DNA of 64,000 nucleotides from Batkoa obscura (Eukaryota): NCBI GenBank assembly GCA_030770535.1, contig JASVEC010000020.1, positions 744,001 to 808,000 of the forward strand, read 5' to 3'. Shown piece by piece: positions 25,840 to 39,887 of this stretch (position 1 is its first letter; each line of letters starts with the position of its first letter). The notes under the pieces were generated by a model. It saw only the letters and a program-made list of their open reading frames with translations, ran no database searches and was not told where the DNA came from. The position numbers and the translations under genes were made by a program.

Positions 25840-26160
25840 GAAGATTATCCTCTCATTTTGATATCCATACTTGTTGGGGTATAAAAGAGATCTTAGAGCA
25901 TAGTAGCTCGAGGCTTTTTAACTGAATTATTCCTTGATATTGTACCTTTAATAAAGCCATTAAATCTTTGTGATACTATTTTACATAGATTTTACAGTAG
26001 TATTATCTATCCTACTTGTCTTACGTAGTCTGTAGTATATTATGTACTATTCTTCATAATTCAAGTCTATCTTAGTCACATAAACTAAGATTTTTTGACT
26101 TGCAGTATAGTTAACCAAACAAGAACTGCTTTCGACTCCAACCATTAAGTGCCAAATTTC
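25840..26160. repeat. Dispersed repeat family B copy 2
   Basis: Ungapped match to 4001-4299 at about 80% identity. Confidence 0.85.
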
Positions 26161-26728
26161 ATAAATTATATATGTACAAAACATAAAACAAATAAAATAA
26201 AATATTAGTAATTTAAATTTAAAAATAAAAGTAGCTTTAAATAAACTTTTTTGTTTGCAAATGATCAATCTTAGTATTTTAAACTTTTTCAAAAGTGCAA
26301 CAATAATTATTATTATGCAAAATTATCATTAATTTATAATGATTCCAATACTGAAAATAAGTCATTAACAATTTTAAGCAAAAGTTAATCAAATGCTATT
26401 AATATTGTCAAAAAAACTCAACTGTTTAAACAATCTTGATTTTTTAATTGAATAAAAAAAGGTAAAAAAGAATAGTTGCTATTTTTGAAATTGTTTTTAA
26501 CACTTTTTGCAGTTTTTTTGATTCAAACCAATTATTTAGAAATCTATTTTTTAGCATATATTTATAGCATTTTATTCTTACTTGCAGTGGATCTTCCTCA
26601 ATTAATAAAAAAAACATTTATAAAAGATTAATCAGATTAGATTTTCAATAGATTTTCTAACTCAAACTTCATGCTAGATAATTTGAAAATAATATTAGTA
26701 AATCTTTTGGGTTGTAAAGTCATTAAAT

Positions 26729-26823
26729 GGGAATGTATTTTTTTGTTTAAGAATTTTACTACAATCTTTCCACTCAAATAGCGCTCAAAAAATGGAAAAA
26801 TAATGAAACTAAAAAACAGCCCC
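26729..26823 (-). mobile_element. MITE family A copy with AAAT TSD
   Basis: AAAT-GGGAATG...CAGCCCC-AAAT. Confidence 0.9.
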
Positions 26824-27210
26824 AAATAATAAATTATACAAATTTCATTTAATTTGCATTATTAAGCTTTAGTAACTGCATTTTAAGCTATCTTTTATTT
26901 ATTAAATTTTATAAAAAAGAATATTATTAATTAGTTTTAAAATGTCTAGTATTGAGCTTTGGTAATTACAATTGATTTCAGTTAATACATTAATTAATTT
27001 AATTTATTAGTTTAATCTTATAAACTTTTATATACTCTAAAGAATGAAATTTGATATCTATTTTTCATATCAAAACTCAACTGTTCATTAACAAAAAGAA
27101 GTTGATTGGGTTTTTAAAGGGATAAAATTAGCTTTTAAAAAAGAATACTTGTGAAAAATTAAACTCACTTTTATTCTAATTTAGTAAACTAAATAGATTT
27201 CGATTTTCAA

Positions 27211-27995
27211 ATGACATCCATGCCTACAACTCAAGACACTGATTTTTTGATCAATTTGATTAGTAACTTACGGGATTGTGGTAGCTATAAAACGTTTTCT
27301 TCCAACTTAAAACGGTGTTCTGTAGCTATTGTATTACGTTTTAATTTTCTTGAAACTATACCCTTACGCGATCTAGGTTCTAATGTAGATATACCAAGCC
27401 CCAATAATTTAATCAATCACTTAAATCTAATTCAAAGTATGGGATATCAACAAGTGAGGACATTGAGAAAAAGAGATTGGAGGATAGTAAATTTACTGGA
27501 GGATGCAAAAAAATATCAATGTCAATTAGAGCTGTTGGTGATGCGTAGAAAAACAAATAAAAGAGATAGATGGTCAGGTCATATTTGTTTACCTGGAGGT
27601 AAGAAAGATGATTTAACCGATATTTCAGATTATGATACAGCTACAAGAGAGTTTTTAGAAGAGTGTGGTATGAATTTAAAAAATTCTAAACAGTAAGTTT
27701 TAATTTTATAAAATAGATTTAATAGTCATAATTAACTTCATTTTGTTTATTCTATTTAGTTTTGTTCATTTAGGTGAATTAGATGATCGTTATGTTAAAT
27801 CAAGATTTGGATTTAAAAATTTAATGGTATTAAGTCCACAAGTATTTTTACAAGTTCATCGACATGAATTACCGATTCAACCTCAAATTAACGAAGTGGA
27901 TACTTTAGCTTGGTTACCTGTTAATTACTTTTTATCATATTTAAAATTTCCTATGGAATTCAATAATAATCAAGATAAATTTAACTTAACAGCAG

Positions 27996-28043
<48 letters not shown>

Positions 28044-28586
28044 TTTCATCAACAGAGCATATGATTATTGATATAAGTTCTTTTTTAATCCCTACTAATA
28101 AGTTCTTATATTTTCCTCAAAAATTATTAAGATATTTGATAGGCAATATGTATTTTAAATGCTTACCTCTCCCCTCCCCTTTAAATGAAAGTAAATTATG
28201 GGGTTTAACTTTAACTATAATAAGTGATTTATTAGATATGGGCAATAATCCTAAATTAATTACCCATATCTTACCTTTGGATCATCCCTTACCTAAATTC
28301 GATTTTAAAGATTTGAATTATTTATTAAATTTATTTTGTCCAATTCATTCATTAAGGAAGCCAGTGACGAAAAGAGTATCATTGTAAGTGTTTATTATTT
28401 AATATATTATTATATCATAATGTCATTCATTTATTATTATTATTTAGTGTATGGGAAACTTACTTTCAAACATTCCATTTTTTATTAATTTATCTATTGT
28501 TATCTCGTACAACTATGATTTATTTTTTATTTAAATATGGGTTACCTTGGATTAAAAAGATCAAATTAAATCTATTAAAAAAATAA
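27211..28586 (+). CDS. Nudix hydrolase (CoA-pyrophosphatase/NUDT7-8-like) with C-terminal hydrophobic segment, 3 exons
   Basis: RWSGHICLPGGK..D..D..TATREFLEECG Nudix box; LWGLT; poly-Asn insert from an AAT repeat. Confidence 0.85.
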
Positions 28587-28680
28587 GAATAAAGCGTATT
28601 CTCTTTATTTATTATAAATTATATTCTTTTTTATTTTATATATTATATTTTATATATTATATTTTATTCACTTTATTTTT

Positions 28681-29393
28681 TTAACCAAATAACTTCCAGT
28701 CTTTAATTTTAAAACTTTTGATCATATTGAAAAATAAAGTATCCTTATTAAGTATACTATTATTATCCAAAATAGGTTGATGAAAACTAATTAATAGATC
28801 GGAATCTACCTTTTTTAATCGAAACAAAGCTAAATAAAATAACAAATTGATAACATTTCCTCCTCTTTCCTTGATGACTTGATTTCCTTTTAATATATAT
28901 ACTTTACTATCTTGACTATTAAAAATGTCATCAACAATTTTCAAAGTATCAAAAATAATAATATAATCAACTTACCTTAGTCCTTGTATTTCATTAGAAT
29001 CAATTTCTTTAACATCTTCAATTGTAAAACTTTCTACTTGATTTAAATCACAAATTTCTTGAAAATGATAACTAAACATTAAGAATTAATATTTCTCTTT
29101 AAAAATAATCATATACTTTCAAATAAAAACTTACTTAACACTTTCTTCATCTTTTACATCTTTAGATAATTCATTAATTTCAATAATTAAACTTCGATTT
29201 TCTTCTGTTTGATCTGCAAATACTTCTTGATGATTTGGTACTTCTCGAAATTGACTATAGGTTATTTGATTTATATTGAATATACAATTTATTGATTTTT
29301 ATATTATTTGAATCTAATTACTTACCTTAAATCAACTAATTGATCGAATATTGACATTTCAATAGCTCCACCAAATAATTTTGTTGATATCAT
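28681..29393 (-). CDS. MOG1: Mog1 (Ran guanine-nucleotide release factor), 4 exons
   Basis: MISTKLFGGAI, SQFREVPNHQEVF, SLIIEINE, HFQEI, LALFRL...DLLIS, FKIKDWKLFG. Confidence 0.9.
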
Positions 29394-29548
29394 AATTTCA
29401 GAATAACAAAATAGATTAAAAAAATATCGATTCCCCACTTTCTTAACTAATACTTTTAACATAATTCAAAAAAAACGAATGCAAAAAACGAATGCAAAAA
29501 ATCAAATCCATAAATAAACTACTTTAATAAATAAAGAAAAGTACAATA

Positions 29549-30103
29549 TTAAAATAAAATCACTGAAGCTAAATGATGATTTTCCAACACTTCTAATATA
29601 ACGTTATTATCAAATCCCATTAATTGAGTAGGTTGAAAGGGATTTGGATAATTCCCATAACTACGATCAAATAAAGCACCTCGACCAATTGGATTCCCCC
29701 ATTTCTCTAATACTTTCTCGTATTTACTATCACTATTAATCGACTCTTCTTGATACCAGGAACTCATGAGAGTCTCTAAATCTGACATTTCTTGTTTATT
29801 TTTATAATTCAAAAATTCAATATTGGCTTTTTGATAAACGTTAAAATTAAAATGATTTGGATAATTAATATGAAATATTAATTTTTTAACCTTATGAGTA
29901 ATACCATCAAATAATAAATCCATACCATAATTAAAATAATTAAAAAAATAGTCATTCGGATTAATTATTAAATTATTGTTATACTCTAAAGTAAAATAAA
30001 TTATATTAATATTATATTATTACTATTATATTATTATTAATCTTACCATCATTCATAAATAATTTGTTACTTAAACTTGATGAATAATAATATTCATTTG
30101 TCA

Positions 30104-30148
<45 letters not shown>

Positions 30149-32267
30149 TTCTCTTATGAATATCCATTCTATAATCATCTTTATAAAAGATTTTATTAGG
30201 ATAACCTAAATCCGCTAATATATCTTGTGATAAATTATGATTTAATTGAATCCACAATCCATTCATTGGTTTTTCATATATATTAGGTAATATAAATGCT
30301 CCAAACTTAGGCTATTTAAAAATATAAAATATTAATATATTATATTATATTATATTTCATTAATAAAATATTATACTATTTTCATTATTTTTTATACTTA
30401 CAATTATTTTAATCCTTGTCAAATGAGAATACATAAACTCTGGAAGTTCACTTATTACTGGATCTTTACTCTTCACCATTGGATAGGGATAAATAGAAAT
30501 TCGATGACATAGAGGAGAAGATAAGTTATTATTGTCTTGATGTTTTATAATTTGTTGAACTAATTGATTTTCATTTAATTGTTGATGGATTTTAAAATGA
30601 AATGATAACCCTGGATAACTTAATATATATTGATCTTTTTTGTTATTGAAGGTACCAGGGTAAGTAGGACCTAAGATACGATGAACTAGACCAGAAGTTA
30701 ATTGAGTTTCTTCAGAACTAATAGAATATACAATAAAGTAATTAATATACTATTCATTACTTATTATTATTTTAAACTTACCTACAAATTTTATTTTGAT
30801 AACTTAACCTTACCCTAGATAAATCTTGTATTGATATTTCCACCAAGATTTGTAAAGAGGGATCAAAATATAATACAATTCCATTATTACGTAAATTTAA
30901 TGTAAAATATTGCTTTAAAGGTTCCTAGTTAATAATATTTTTAATAAAATATTTATTACTTAATTATTAATTATTAATTATTAATTATTGTTTTTTATCT
31001 ATTGCCATTTTTAAAAACTTACTTTATTATCATGTGAAAAATCTACACATGGTATAATCATTGAATTATAATTTAAATTAGCAATAACTGAATTTAATGT
31101 TTGTCCTATAAAATATTATTTTATTATTTTATTATTATATTATATTTTAATGTTTTAATATTACCTAAATAAAAGGCGCCTAAAGCTTTACCTGCTTTAA
31201 TTTCCAAATCTAACATACCATTCACTAATTTTAATTTTGTTAAATGATTATTAACATTTGATGAAAGAGTGGAATTGATATTGAAATTGGCTTTTTTTCT
31301 TTCTGAATTATTATTGAAACTATTCTTTTTAATTTCATTATTATGCTTTGTTTTTGTAATTTCAATTTCTTTACTTTCATCTTCATCTTCATCTTCATCT
31401 TCATCTAATACAATGATCTTTTCTTCATCTTCTAATGCAATTTTCTCTTCTTTTGTATTAACTTCACCTACTTCTTCGCTTAAATTATGTTCATTATTTT
31501 CAACTATATTTTCAACTATATCTTCAACTATATCTTCTTCAAATTCAAATCCATTAATGTCTTTTACATTTTTAACATCAGCTATTTCTTGTTTTCGAAC
31601 TGTGTCACTATCATTAATCACTCTAGTTTCAACCCATTTCTTATTTTCTTGTATCGGATTGCTTTCCTCTTCAATTTCTTCCACCTTTTCTTTCTTTTGA
31701 TCTACTTTTTCTAAAACTTTTTCTTTTTTTTCAATTTCTTCCTTCTTTTTTTCTTCTTTAATTTCAGCTTGGACTTTTTGCTCATTCAATTCTAAATCCT
31801 CTTCCATTGTTTCTTCCATTGTTTCTTCCATTTTATTATAATCGTCATCGCTTAAATTCTTTTCAATAATATGTTTATCTCCTAGTTATAAAAAAATAAT
31901 TAAAAACAAAATTTGTGTCCTACTAAATAAGTTAAAATTTACTTTTCACTTCCATCAACTCGTTTTTAACTTCTTCTACCTCACCATTCATTAGTTCTCG
32001 AATGTTATCACTCTCTATCGATACAGGTGATAATGATTTTTCGCTTGATAATAAAGGTGAATTGGATGCATTACTATTCTTTCCAGTGTTTAAAGAAGAT
32101 AAAGAGGTGTTGGAATTAGAACTACTATTATTAGCACTAATTTTACTGCTGTTGATCGAGGGTGTTGAGGGATTTGAGTTGGAGTTGGAGTTGGAGTTGG
32201 AATTAGTATTGATACTAGTATTTTGTTTTTTTGATTTGGATTGTTTATTCTTCTTTTTAGTGCTCAT
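29549..32267 (-). CDS. UPF0183/PHAF1 (C16orf70)-like protein with long low-complexity N-terminal extension, multi-exon
   Basis: LEIKAGKALGAFYLG, LGPTYPG, QDILADLGYPNKIFYKDDYRMDIH, GMDLLFDGITHKVKKLIFHINYPNHFNFNVY, NPFQPT, LASVILF. Confidence 0.82.
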
Positions 32268-32565
32268 ATTTTATACTTATTTAAAGTAGAAACAAAATCG
32301 ATTTATAGTTGTATAAATAGTATAAATAAAATGGGTTGAAATAGATTAAAAGACAAAAATTTAAATTTAATGTATTATTTATATTTTTATTCTCATTCTT
32401 CCGTTATTTTAATTTCCTAAAAAAAATATTCAAACTGCGACTCAAAACCATACTGCAAGCTTTAGTCATAAAAAAATTTAAGCTGTATTAATTCAAAAAA
32501 ATATATCTAACAAATCCAACTTTATTCCAACAATTTAAAAAAATAACAAAAATAATATTCAACTT

Positions 32566-33183
32566 CTACACCAACAACAACTTTTCAAACACATTGGAAT
32601 AACATTTATGAATAAAGATAGCAATAAAAGCAGAAAAATAAGTCCAAACGACCAAATTAATACCAGCCAAAAATTTAATTAACCAAATTAAATCATAAAT
32701 CCTATAAACCAATTTACTAATAATTTCTAAATTCTCTTCCATCTCGATTGTTGCACTCAAAGAGAAGATATGTTCATTATTTTGAAATAATATTAATGTA
32801 GCTAAAAACCAATGAAAACCAATGATAAGATGACTTATTAATAAAAAATTAGCATAACTCGAATGACTAACTGGTATCCCCGCTTGATTATATTTAAATC
32901 TTGTACGTATCATTATAAATAAAAATAACAAGCCAAAGGTTTGAGTAAGTAAACTGATATAAATTATAAAGCCATAAATTAGATAATTATTTGTTATTAT
33001 GTTTTGTGAATATAATTGATTGTAATTATTACTCAAGATAATCACATTAAATAAAATTAATAAACTTGTAAATGAGGTAACGATTTGTAAAATGTGGCCA
33101 TAGACGAGAATCGTTTCAATCACATTTTTATTACTTTTTTGAGTGTTGTTTGTTGTTGTAAGGGCAGGAGTCATTGTTTCCAT
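32566..33183 (-). CDS. Hypothetical four-TM membrane protein (MARVEL-like topology)
   Basis: 205-aa ATG-initiated ORF with four hydrophobic stretches. Confidence 0.6.
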   Translation of the reverse strand: METMTPALTTTNNTQKSNKNVIETILVYGHILQIVTSFTSLLILFNVIILSNNYNQLYSQNIITNNYLIYGFIIYISLLTQTFGLLFLFIMIRTRFKYNQAGIPVSHSSYANFLLISHLIIGFHWFLATLILFQNNEHIFSLSATIEMEENLEIISKLVYRIYDLIWLIKFLAGINLVVWTYFSAFIAIFIHKCYSNVFEKLLLV

Positions 33184-33751
33184 GATAGATAAAAATAGAA
33201 GTTGAATATTTTAATAAATTCAAGACCCTTAGTAATTTATTTTCATGTTAAAATTACTCCAGAAACTAAAGATAATATCTGGCCAATCAAATAGTATCAA
33301 ATCATGGCATTTAAAACACCAATCAATTACTGTACTTTTGGTTAAGTTTAGTTTTAATATTAAGTTACATCAATATTGTAAGATCAGCTTATAATTTAAT
33401 TTATGAAATTATATAATTTTATAAACATTGTAATTAAAATGTATTGTTACTTTCAAACATTATTAACATTACAAAAGTTATTTAATTATTATTACTAAAC
33501 ATATTACAACTCTTATTAAAATTTAATAGAAATAGTATTAAACCAATTAAACTAATATTATTTATTAATTACATTCCATTCAACATTATTACTATATAAT
33601 ATATAGTTTATATTATATATAACAGCTAGTATTATTTACCATACTTAATAGTAATCTTTTTTATCATCTGTATCACTTTACTCTTAATTCATTACTATAT
33701 TATTATTGAAATAATACTCTAATATAAATCAATTACATATTCCATTATTCG

Positions 33752-34918
33752 TTAATTAAGTAGTCCAGCTTGTGAATTATTAGTATTAGTATTAGTAGTA
33801 TGAACACTAGTTTGAGCTACTGAAACTTTGGTATCGTATTGAGTTACTTGGATACTTTCTTCTTCATCAGAGCTATAGGATATAGTCGATTTACTACGTT
33901 TAAGTTTATGTAAAAAAGGGACCCTTAAATAAGGTATATTTTTAGGTGGTAACTTATCTTGTTTAGACATAGTTGTAATCCCATAAATTAAAACTATAAT
34001 ACCTAATACATTAGTTAAATGGATCCACCATGGATAAGCATCAAATTGATTAAAATAGATCATCGAATTCGCTAATCCAAAAATATTATATGTACATGCA
34101 AACGTAGGTACTGAAACTACAGAATCAGCATATTTTAAACCTGCATTAAGACAATAGATTTGTAATATAACGCTTAAACCTAGGGCAATTACAATAACAA
34201 TTGATACAATGTCAGCTAATGTACTAGCATCTTTAAATGAAGCTACAATTAATTTGATACCACTTTTAGCTAAGATTAAAGTCTCAGAAGCAAAGATACC
34301 ACCTAAAGCAGAGATTGAAATACCCAAAATACGCGTCAACTTTAATGTATCAAATCTATAAAATAAATATGATTGTTTTAAATCTTTTCCTTTTTCCAAA
34401 AATAACTTAGTATAAATTCCCAGACCAAATAAACATAAACAAACAAAATTTAAACAAGCAAAATAAATTTTAAATTCTAATCGAGATAATAATTCTCTCA
34501 ATGTAAATAAGGTTAAATTGGCTTCAATATCTTCTTGAGGACCAAAGAAAGCACCCAATAATACAATAATTAAGATAGCTAATAAAATCAAGGTAGTTCC
34601 AAACAAATCCACTTTAGTTATATTAGTACCCACTAACACTCTAGCAAATATAAAATTGAAAACTAAAGACAAAGCACCTAATGGAGCTAGCCATTGTGCT
34701 TTTAAAAAATTCAATGCTACCGTATTTCCAATGGCTTGTGAACCACAATAAACATATAGGCCTAAATGCCAATTTAATCGACAACAATCATGTCTAGGCT
34801 TCACTGCTACTGAGTTTTGTAAATGATCTCTCTTTTGAATGTTTAAACCTAAGGCATCTAAACAGGAAGCTAATAAAGATACAACTACACCAATAAATAT
34901 TTTTAAAGGTTCATCCAT
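33752..34918 (-). CDS. NIPA/DUF803 magnesium-transporter-like DMT protein
   Basis: ALGLNIQKR, WHLGL, LAPLGALSLVFN, QIYCLNAGLK..DS..SVP; ATG at 34918 preferred over the upstream TTG. Confidence 0.88.
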   Translation of the reverse strand: MDEPLKIFIGVVVSLLASCLDALGLNIQKRDHLQNSVAVKPRHDCCRLNWHLGLYVYCGSQAIGNTVALNFLKAQWLAPLGALSLVFNFIFARVLVGTNITKVDLFGTTLILLAILIIVLLGAFFGPQEDIEANLTLFTLRELLSRLEFKIYFACLNFVCLCLFGLGIYTKLFLEKGKDLKQSYLFYRFDTLKLTRILGISISALGGIFASETLILAKSGIKLIVASFKDASTLADIVSIVIVIALGLSVILQIYCLNAGLKYADSVVSVPTFACTYNIFGLANSMIYFNQFDAYPWWIHLTNVLGIIVLIYGITTMSKQDKLPPKNIPYLRVPFLHKLKRSKSTISYSSDEEESIQVTQYDTKVSVAQTSVHTTNTNTNNSQAGLLN

Positions 34919-36740
34919 TTTTTTCTTGATATTAAGTGTGAAGTGAGATAAACTCAAAGTTAGTAAAAGTGGTTGAAATAAAACAAGAGGAAACAAGGAA
35001 TAAAATATAGAAATCAAAAGCCCACTTTTAAGTCCTGAAGTTTCTATTAAAAAAATTTAAGAAAATCTTAAAGTGATCTTTTTGTTATTTATACTTTAAC
35101 TACCACTATTGATTCTATTGATTGGTTAGGTTATTACTACTAAATTTAGAGTGATATAAAGGTAAAAATTTCAATCATGTTCTATAGAATTATAGATCAG
35201 CCTTTAAATTATTCTTAGGAAAGCCAATCATGGGTTCAAATTTTGTAAATTTATTGAAATTGCTTGGCTAAAAATAGATACTGTTCTAATTTTAATAAAT
35301 CTTCTACTCTCTTACTAAAGTTGCTTTAATAACATTATCAGTTATTGACTATTTTTACAATACTAATCATTGATTATTTTAATAACGTTTAATTTATTAT
35401 CATTTCTATTGGAATATAGCATAATAATGATGTTAGTTTGAGTTATTGACTCTACGATTGGAATTCTTATTTGATGCTTTAAAGTATTTTAATAATTAAA
35501 ATAGGAAGTCTTGGCATCAATATTATGTTAGTTAATACTTGGTCGAATTAATTCAAGCTTATTCTAATTACTAGTAATATTCGGTGGAAATATAATGTAC
35601 AAATATAATATTTTACTTTTCTGTCTTTGAAATATATTAAAATAATAATTATGGCTTTTATTAAATTAATAAAAGGCATTGGAAGTTCTATAGATACAAT
35701 TTGAGTTCCATTAGTTAAAAAACATAATAATAAACTTAATGTAACAATAATAACAAGAATGACTACCAAGAAAAATCTCGCTTCAAATACTAATAGTCAA
35801 GAGAACTAAGTCTTCTAATAAATATAATAAGATAAATCCGATTGCTATTTTTTTGCTTGATATAATATCGCCAATATTTCTAAGGAAATTCTGGATTTAA
35901 TTAAGTCAAAATCAAAATTGATGTGATATAACGGATATCTAATTTAAATTGAAGTGTTAAAATTCAAACAAATTAAATTAAGTTTAAAAATAATCAATTT
36001 TCAGTTATTTTAAAACTAATCAGTCTTGTTATCAACATTTTCTTATAATTTCTATTTAATAGTGGTGTTAATAAGAATTAGAATAAATAGTAACATCATA
36101 TTACATATTAAGACAATATGTTATATAAACTCTTTTAATCTTATAAATTCAAGTCTTTTACATAAATAAACATTTATATTGATTTTGACTAAAAATTTAT
36201 TAAAGTTACATCATTTAATTGACTAAATTTGTCCTGGCAACTTATTAGATTTGTAGTTAATGAGCTTTCTCTTTTAAAATTTTCAATAAGTACCCCATCA
36301 GTGGTTTTTGTTACCAGCATAAAAAATTACAAAATTAGCGAAATGAACTTTCTCTTCTTTAAATAACTTGGGATAGAGTTATAATTAGAATTCGATTATC
36401 TTAATGATTTAAACAGTTCTTTAGGACGGTGATTTAAGTATGTCAACCTAGTCAACATACTGAATTTAGGAACATTGAGAATGCACTGAATATTTATTTA
36501 ATATTATATAAATGCCATCGCTTGAGATAATCTATAATAGCAAAGTTTCAAAAAAACCACAGTAAATATCAAAACAAACCACAATAAACATAAAAAAACC
36601 AAAATCCGAATATTAAAAATAACAACAAAATAAAGATATGTGTGTATGTTTAAAATTTATAATTTAAAATAAATTTAATCTCAAATCTTTATAAATTAAC
36701 AAAGAAATTGAACTATTACTTCATCAAAGTTTGAGTACTA

Positions 36741-37674
36741 TTAACAACATTTGCCTTCTTTTTTTGTTTCACTTTCAGTAGGACCAATTTTGATAGCTTC
36801 AGTTTTAGTACCTGGATTTAATGTATCTACATTTCCTTGTAATGTTTTACTAGCTACTCCTCGATAAATTTCTATATAATTTTTAACATTAATTTAGCTA
36901 TTTTTTTAGATTTAAAATCAGCTACTAACCTGTTAAAATTTCTTTAAATGCAACATCAACATTGGTTGCATCAAGTGCCGAAGTTTCAATAAAACTTAAT
37001 CCATTTTCGCCTATTTATCAAAAAATAATAAACTACTTATTTTAGTTTAAAAAAATAATTGCTTACTTGCATATTGTTTTCCTTCTTCAGCAGAAACAGA
37101 ACGAAGGTGACGAAGATCACATTTGTTACCAACCAATAAAATGACAATATTTGGTTCTGCATGATCGCGAAGTTCCTTTAACCAACGTGTTACGTTTTCA
37201 AAAGTAGTATGTTTAGTAACATCATAAACTAGTAATGCTCCAACTGCACCACGATAATAGCTAATAATTAAATCAACATTTGTTTATTCTTATTTTAAAA
37301 GTCATAAAAATTTAAAGACTTACGCACTGGTAATAGCACGATAACGTTCTTGTCCAGCTATAAGAATAAAAAGTTAAATATTTATTTAGTTCATCTATTG
37401 TTATTTGATTACCAGTATCCCAAATTTGTGCTTTTATTGATTTTCCTTCTACTTGAATATTTCTAGTAGCAAATTCGACACCGATGGTTGATTTTGATTC
37501 GAGATTAAACTCATCTCTAGTAAATCGAGACAATAGATTGGATTTACCAACGGAAGAATCTCCAATTAAAACAACTAAACAAAAGGAGCCGATATTAAGT
37601 TACACTCTTTTTAAAAAAAATTAACTATTAAACTTACCCTTAAAAAGATAATCATATTCGTCGTCTTTACTCAT
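36741..37674 (-). CDS. RAB11: Rab11/Ypt31 GTPase, multi-exon
   Basis: [63 protein letters not shown]-terminal CC. Confidence 0.95.
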
Positions 37675-38917
37675 TATATATAGCTAGTTAATTAAAATGA
37701 TGAGTTATTTTTTTTATCTTATTTTTTACGTTAATCCTTGTTGCTTAGATTTTTATGGAACTATTACAATGGTCCAATAATCAACGTCTGATTACTTTAT
37801 TATCAATATTATTCGTTTAATTTATCCACCTAATTTATTTTTTTAGCTTTTTTGATTCATTGCCCAATCAATTTAATTTCCTAAATTATGACATTTATTT
37901 TTCAATAATTTTTAATTAATTACTATTAACTGTATAGCAATTGTCATTTAGTTTATAAATTTATTTTTTTATAAAGGGTAAGGCTATTATGATCAACTAT
38001 CTATAGCTATGTTAATGACGTTTGTATTTCTTCTATCAAAATGTTAGTAATGTAGTGTGTATTATTCCTTAAAACTATGTTTTTTTATAAATTGTTGAAA
38101 AAGTTTAATAAATTAAAGAATTTATGTATGAATGGTATTGGTTACTTAGTTAAAATAGGAAGTTACAATCCTTTTTAATTAAAGTTCTTTTAAATATACA
38201 AGTAATTTATTGCAAAAATGTATTGAAAAATTAATATTTTGTTTATTTTTTGTGATACAAAAATACTACTATAATAAATAATATTAAAAATTTATACCAA
38301 TATGATTTTTCTTTACAGCTTGGCTTCTATATATTATACTCTACTGCTTAATAATTAGTTTAGTATTATTTAAGCTTTATTTTAAATGTAGTGATATTAA
38401 TCAAATATACATTAACAAATGTATTCGACTATAAACTAATAGAAAGCAATGCTTCTTATTATATAAACAAAATGTAGCGTTTTTGATCATTTTTGGCTGT
38501 ACAGAGCAATTTTTATTTTTCCAATTCCATTTTTTTAAAACAGTATAAAGCTTTTGGAATCTTTTTGCTGAAAAATCAGTTGAAAGAGGACTTTAATAAG
38601 AATCCGTTTTTGGAGTATTTGTACTGAAAAAATAGAATTGAGTTTTAGAAAGAGTTTTATTTTTATAATTAACCCAGTTCACAGTTTAAGTATTTGAATA
38701 AAATAAATAAAATAACACTAATAATTACCTCATAATTTTTAGCCACCCAAGCCACTTAAATGATTAATTTTTTTGTGCCTTTTTGGAAAATGTAAAACCT
38801 TGAACAAAAATTGAAATGGAATTAATTGTACAAGCATAAATTCTAAGCAAGAGGGGTTGACTAAAAAAGTTTACTTGAAAAATAAAATATTAATCTTTTG
38901 TACTATTTAACTTTAGA

Positions 38918-39649
38918 ATGAAGATCCTATCAATTTCAATTACTCGTAACGATAGCAAGCCAGCTATTAATTTAGCTTCCGTATCCGATTTATCAAGCTT
39001 TGGTTTCTTTCAACGTTCTAGGTAAGTAATTAAATTCGTTAAAATAAGCTGTTTAATTCTTTTAATTTAGCGTTCAAGAATTTATTAATTTCTTTTCAAT
39101 TACAATTTCTGAAAGAACACCATCAGGGCAACGTCAAACTGTTGAACAAGATGGTAAGTATTATTTTTAAAATTAAAATTAAAATTAAAACTAAAATTTA
39201 AAAGGTATGTTTGGTCATGTACATTCAAGACCAGAAGGTATTTCCATAATGATAGTTTCAGATGCAGAATACCCTTCGAGGGTAGCATTTACTTTGATCT
39301 CCAAAATCGGTGAAGAGTTTATTTCCCAAGTACCAAAAACAAATTGGAAAGCTAATGTTGGCTTTTCTCCATTACAAGAATATTTAATTACTTATCAAGA
39401 TCCCCATAAAGCCGATCCTATTATGAAAGTACAAAAAGAGTTGGATGATACTAAAGTTATTATGGTAAGTTGTTATTACCATTTATTGCTTATTTATTTA
39501 ATTTTCTATAGCATAAAACTATTGAGTCTGTATTAGAAAGAGGAGAAAAACTAGATAACCTTGTTAACCGTTCAGAGCAACTTTCTTCTCAATCTAAAAT
39601 GTTTTATAAATCAGCCAAGTCTACAAATTCATGTTGTAGAATTATGTAA
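38918..39649 (+). CDS. YKT6: R-SNARE Ykt6, 4 exons
   Basis: [51 protein letters not shown]-terminal CCRIM. Confidence 0.95.
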
Positions 39650-39887
39650 TTTAGTCAATAACTGAATTAATAAATTAATAAATTTTTAATTATAAGAATA
39701 CCATTTTTAACTAATAGACAATCTTGATTTATTATAGAAGTGATAGAAAGAAAATAGTTGTGATTTGGTAATATGTGAGTAAGGATTTAGTGTAATGGTG
39801 AATGATTGGTATTTTACAGAAACTGAAAACTAGCATCATAATAAAAGCTAACTTATTTTACAGATAAAATATTAAAATTGAATACAA

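Noticed and set aside
29549..39649. Apparent trafficking/autophagy cluster (PHAF1, Rab11, Ykt6)
   Set aside because: These are common housekeeping genes; there is no evidence of co-regulation beyond adjacency.
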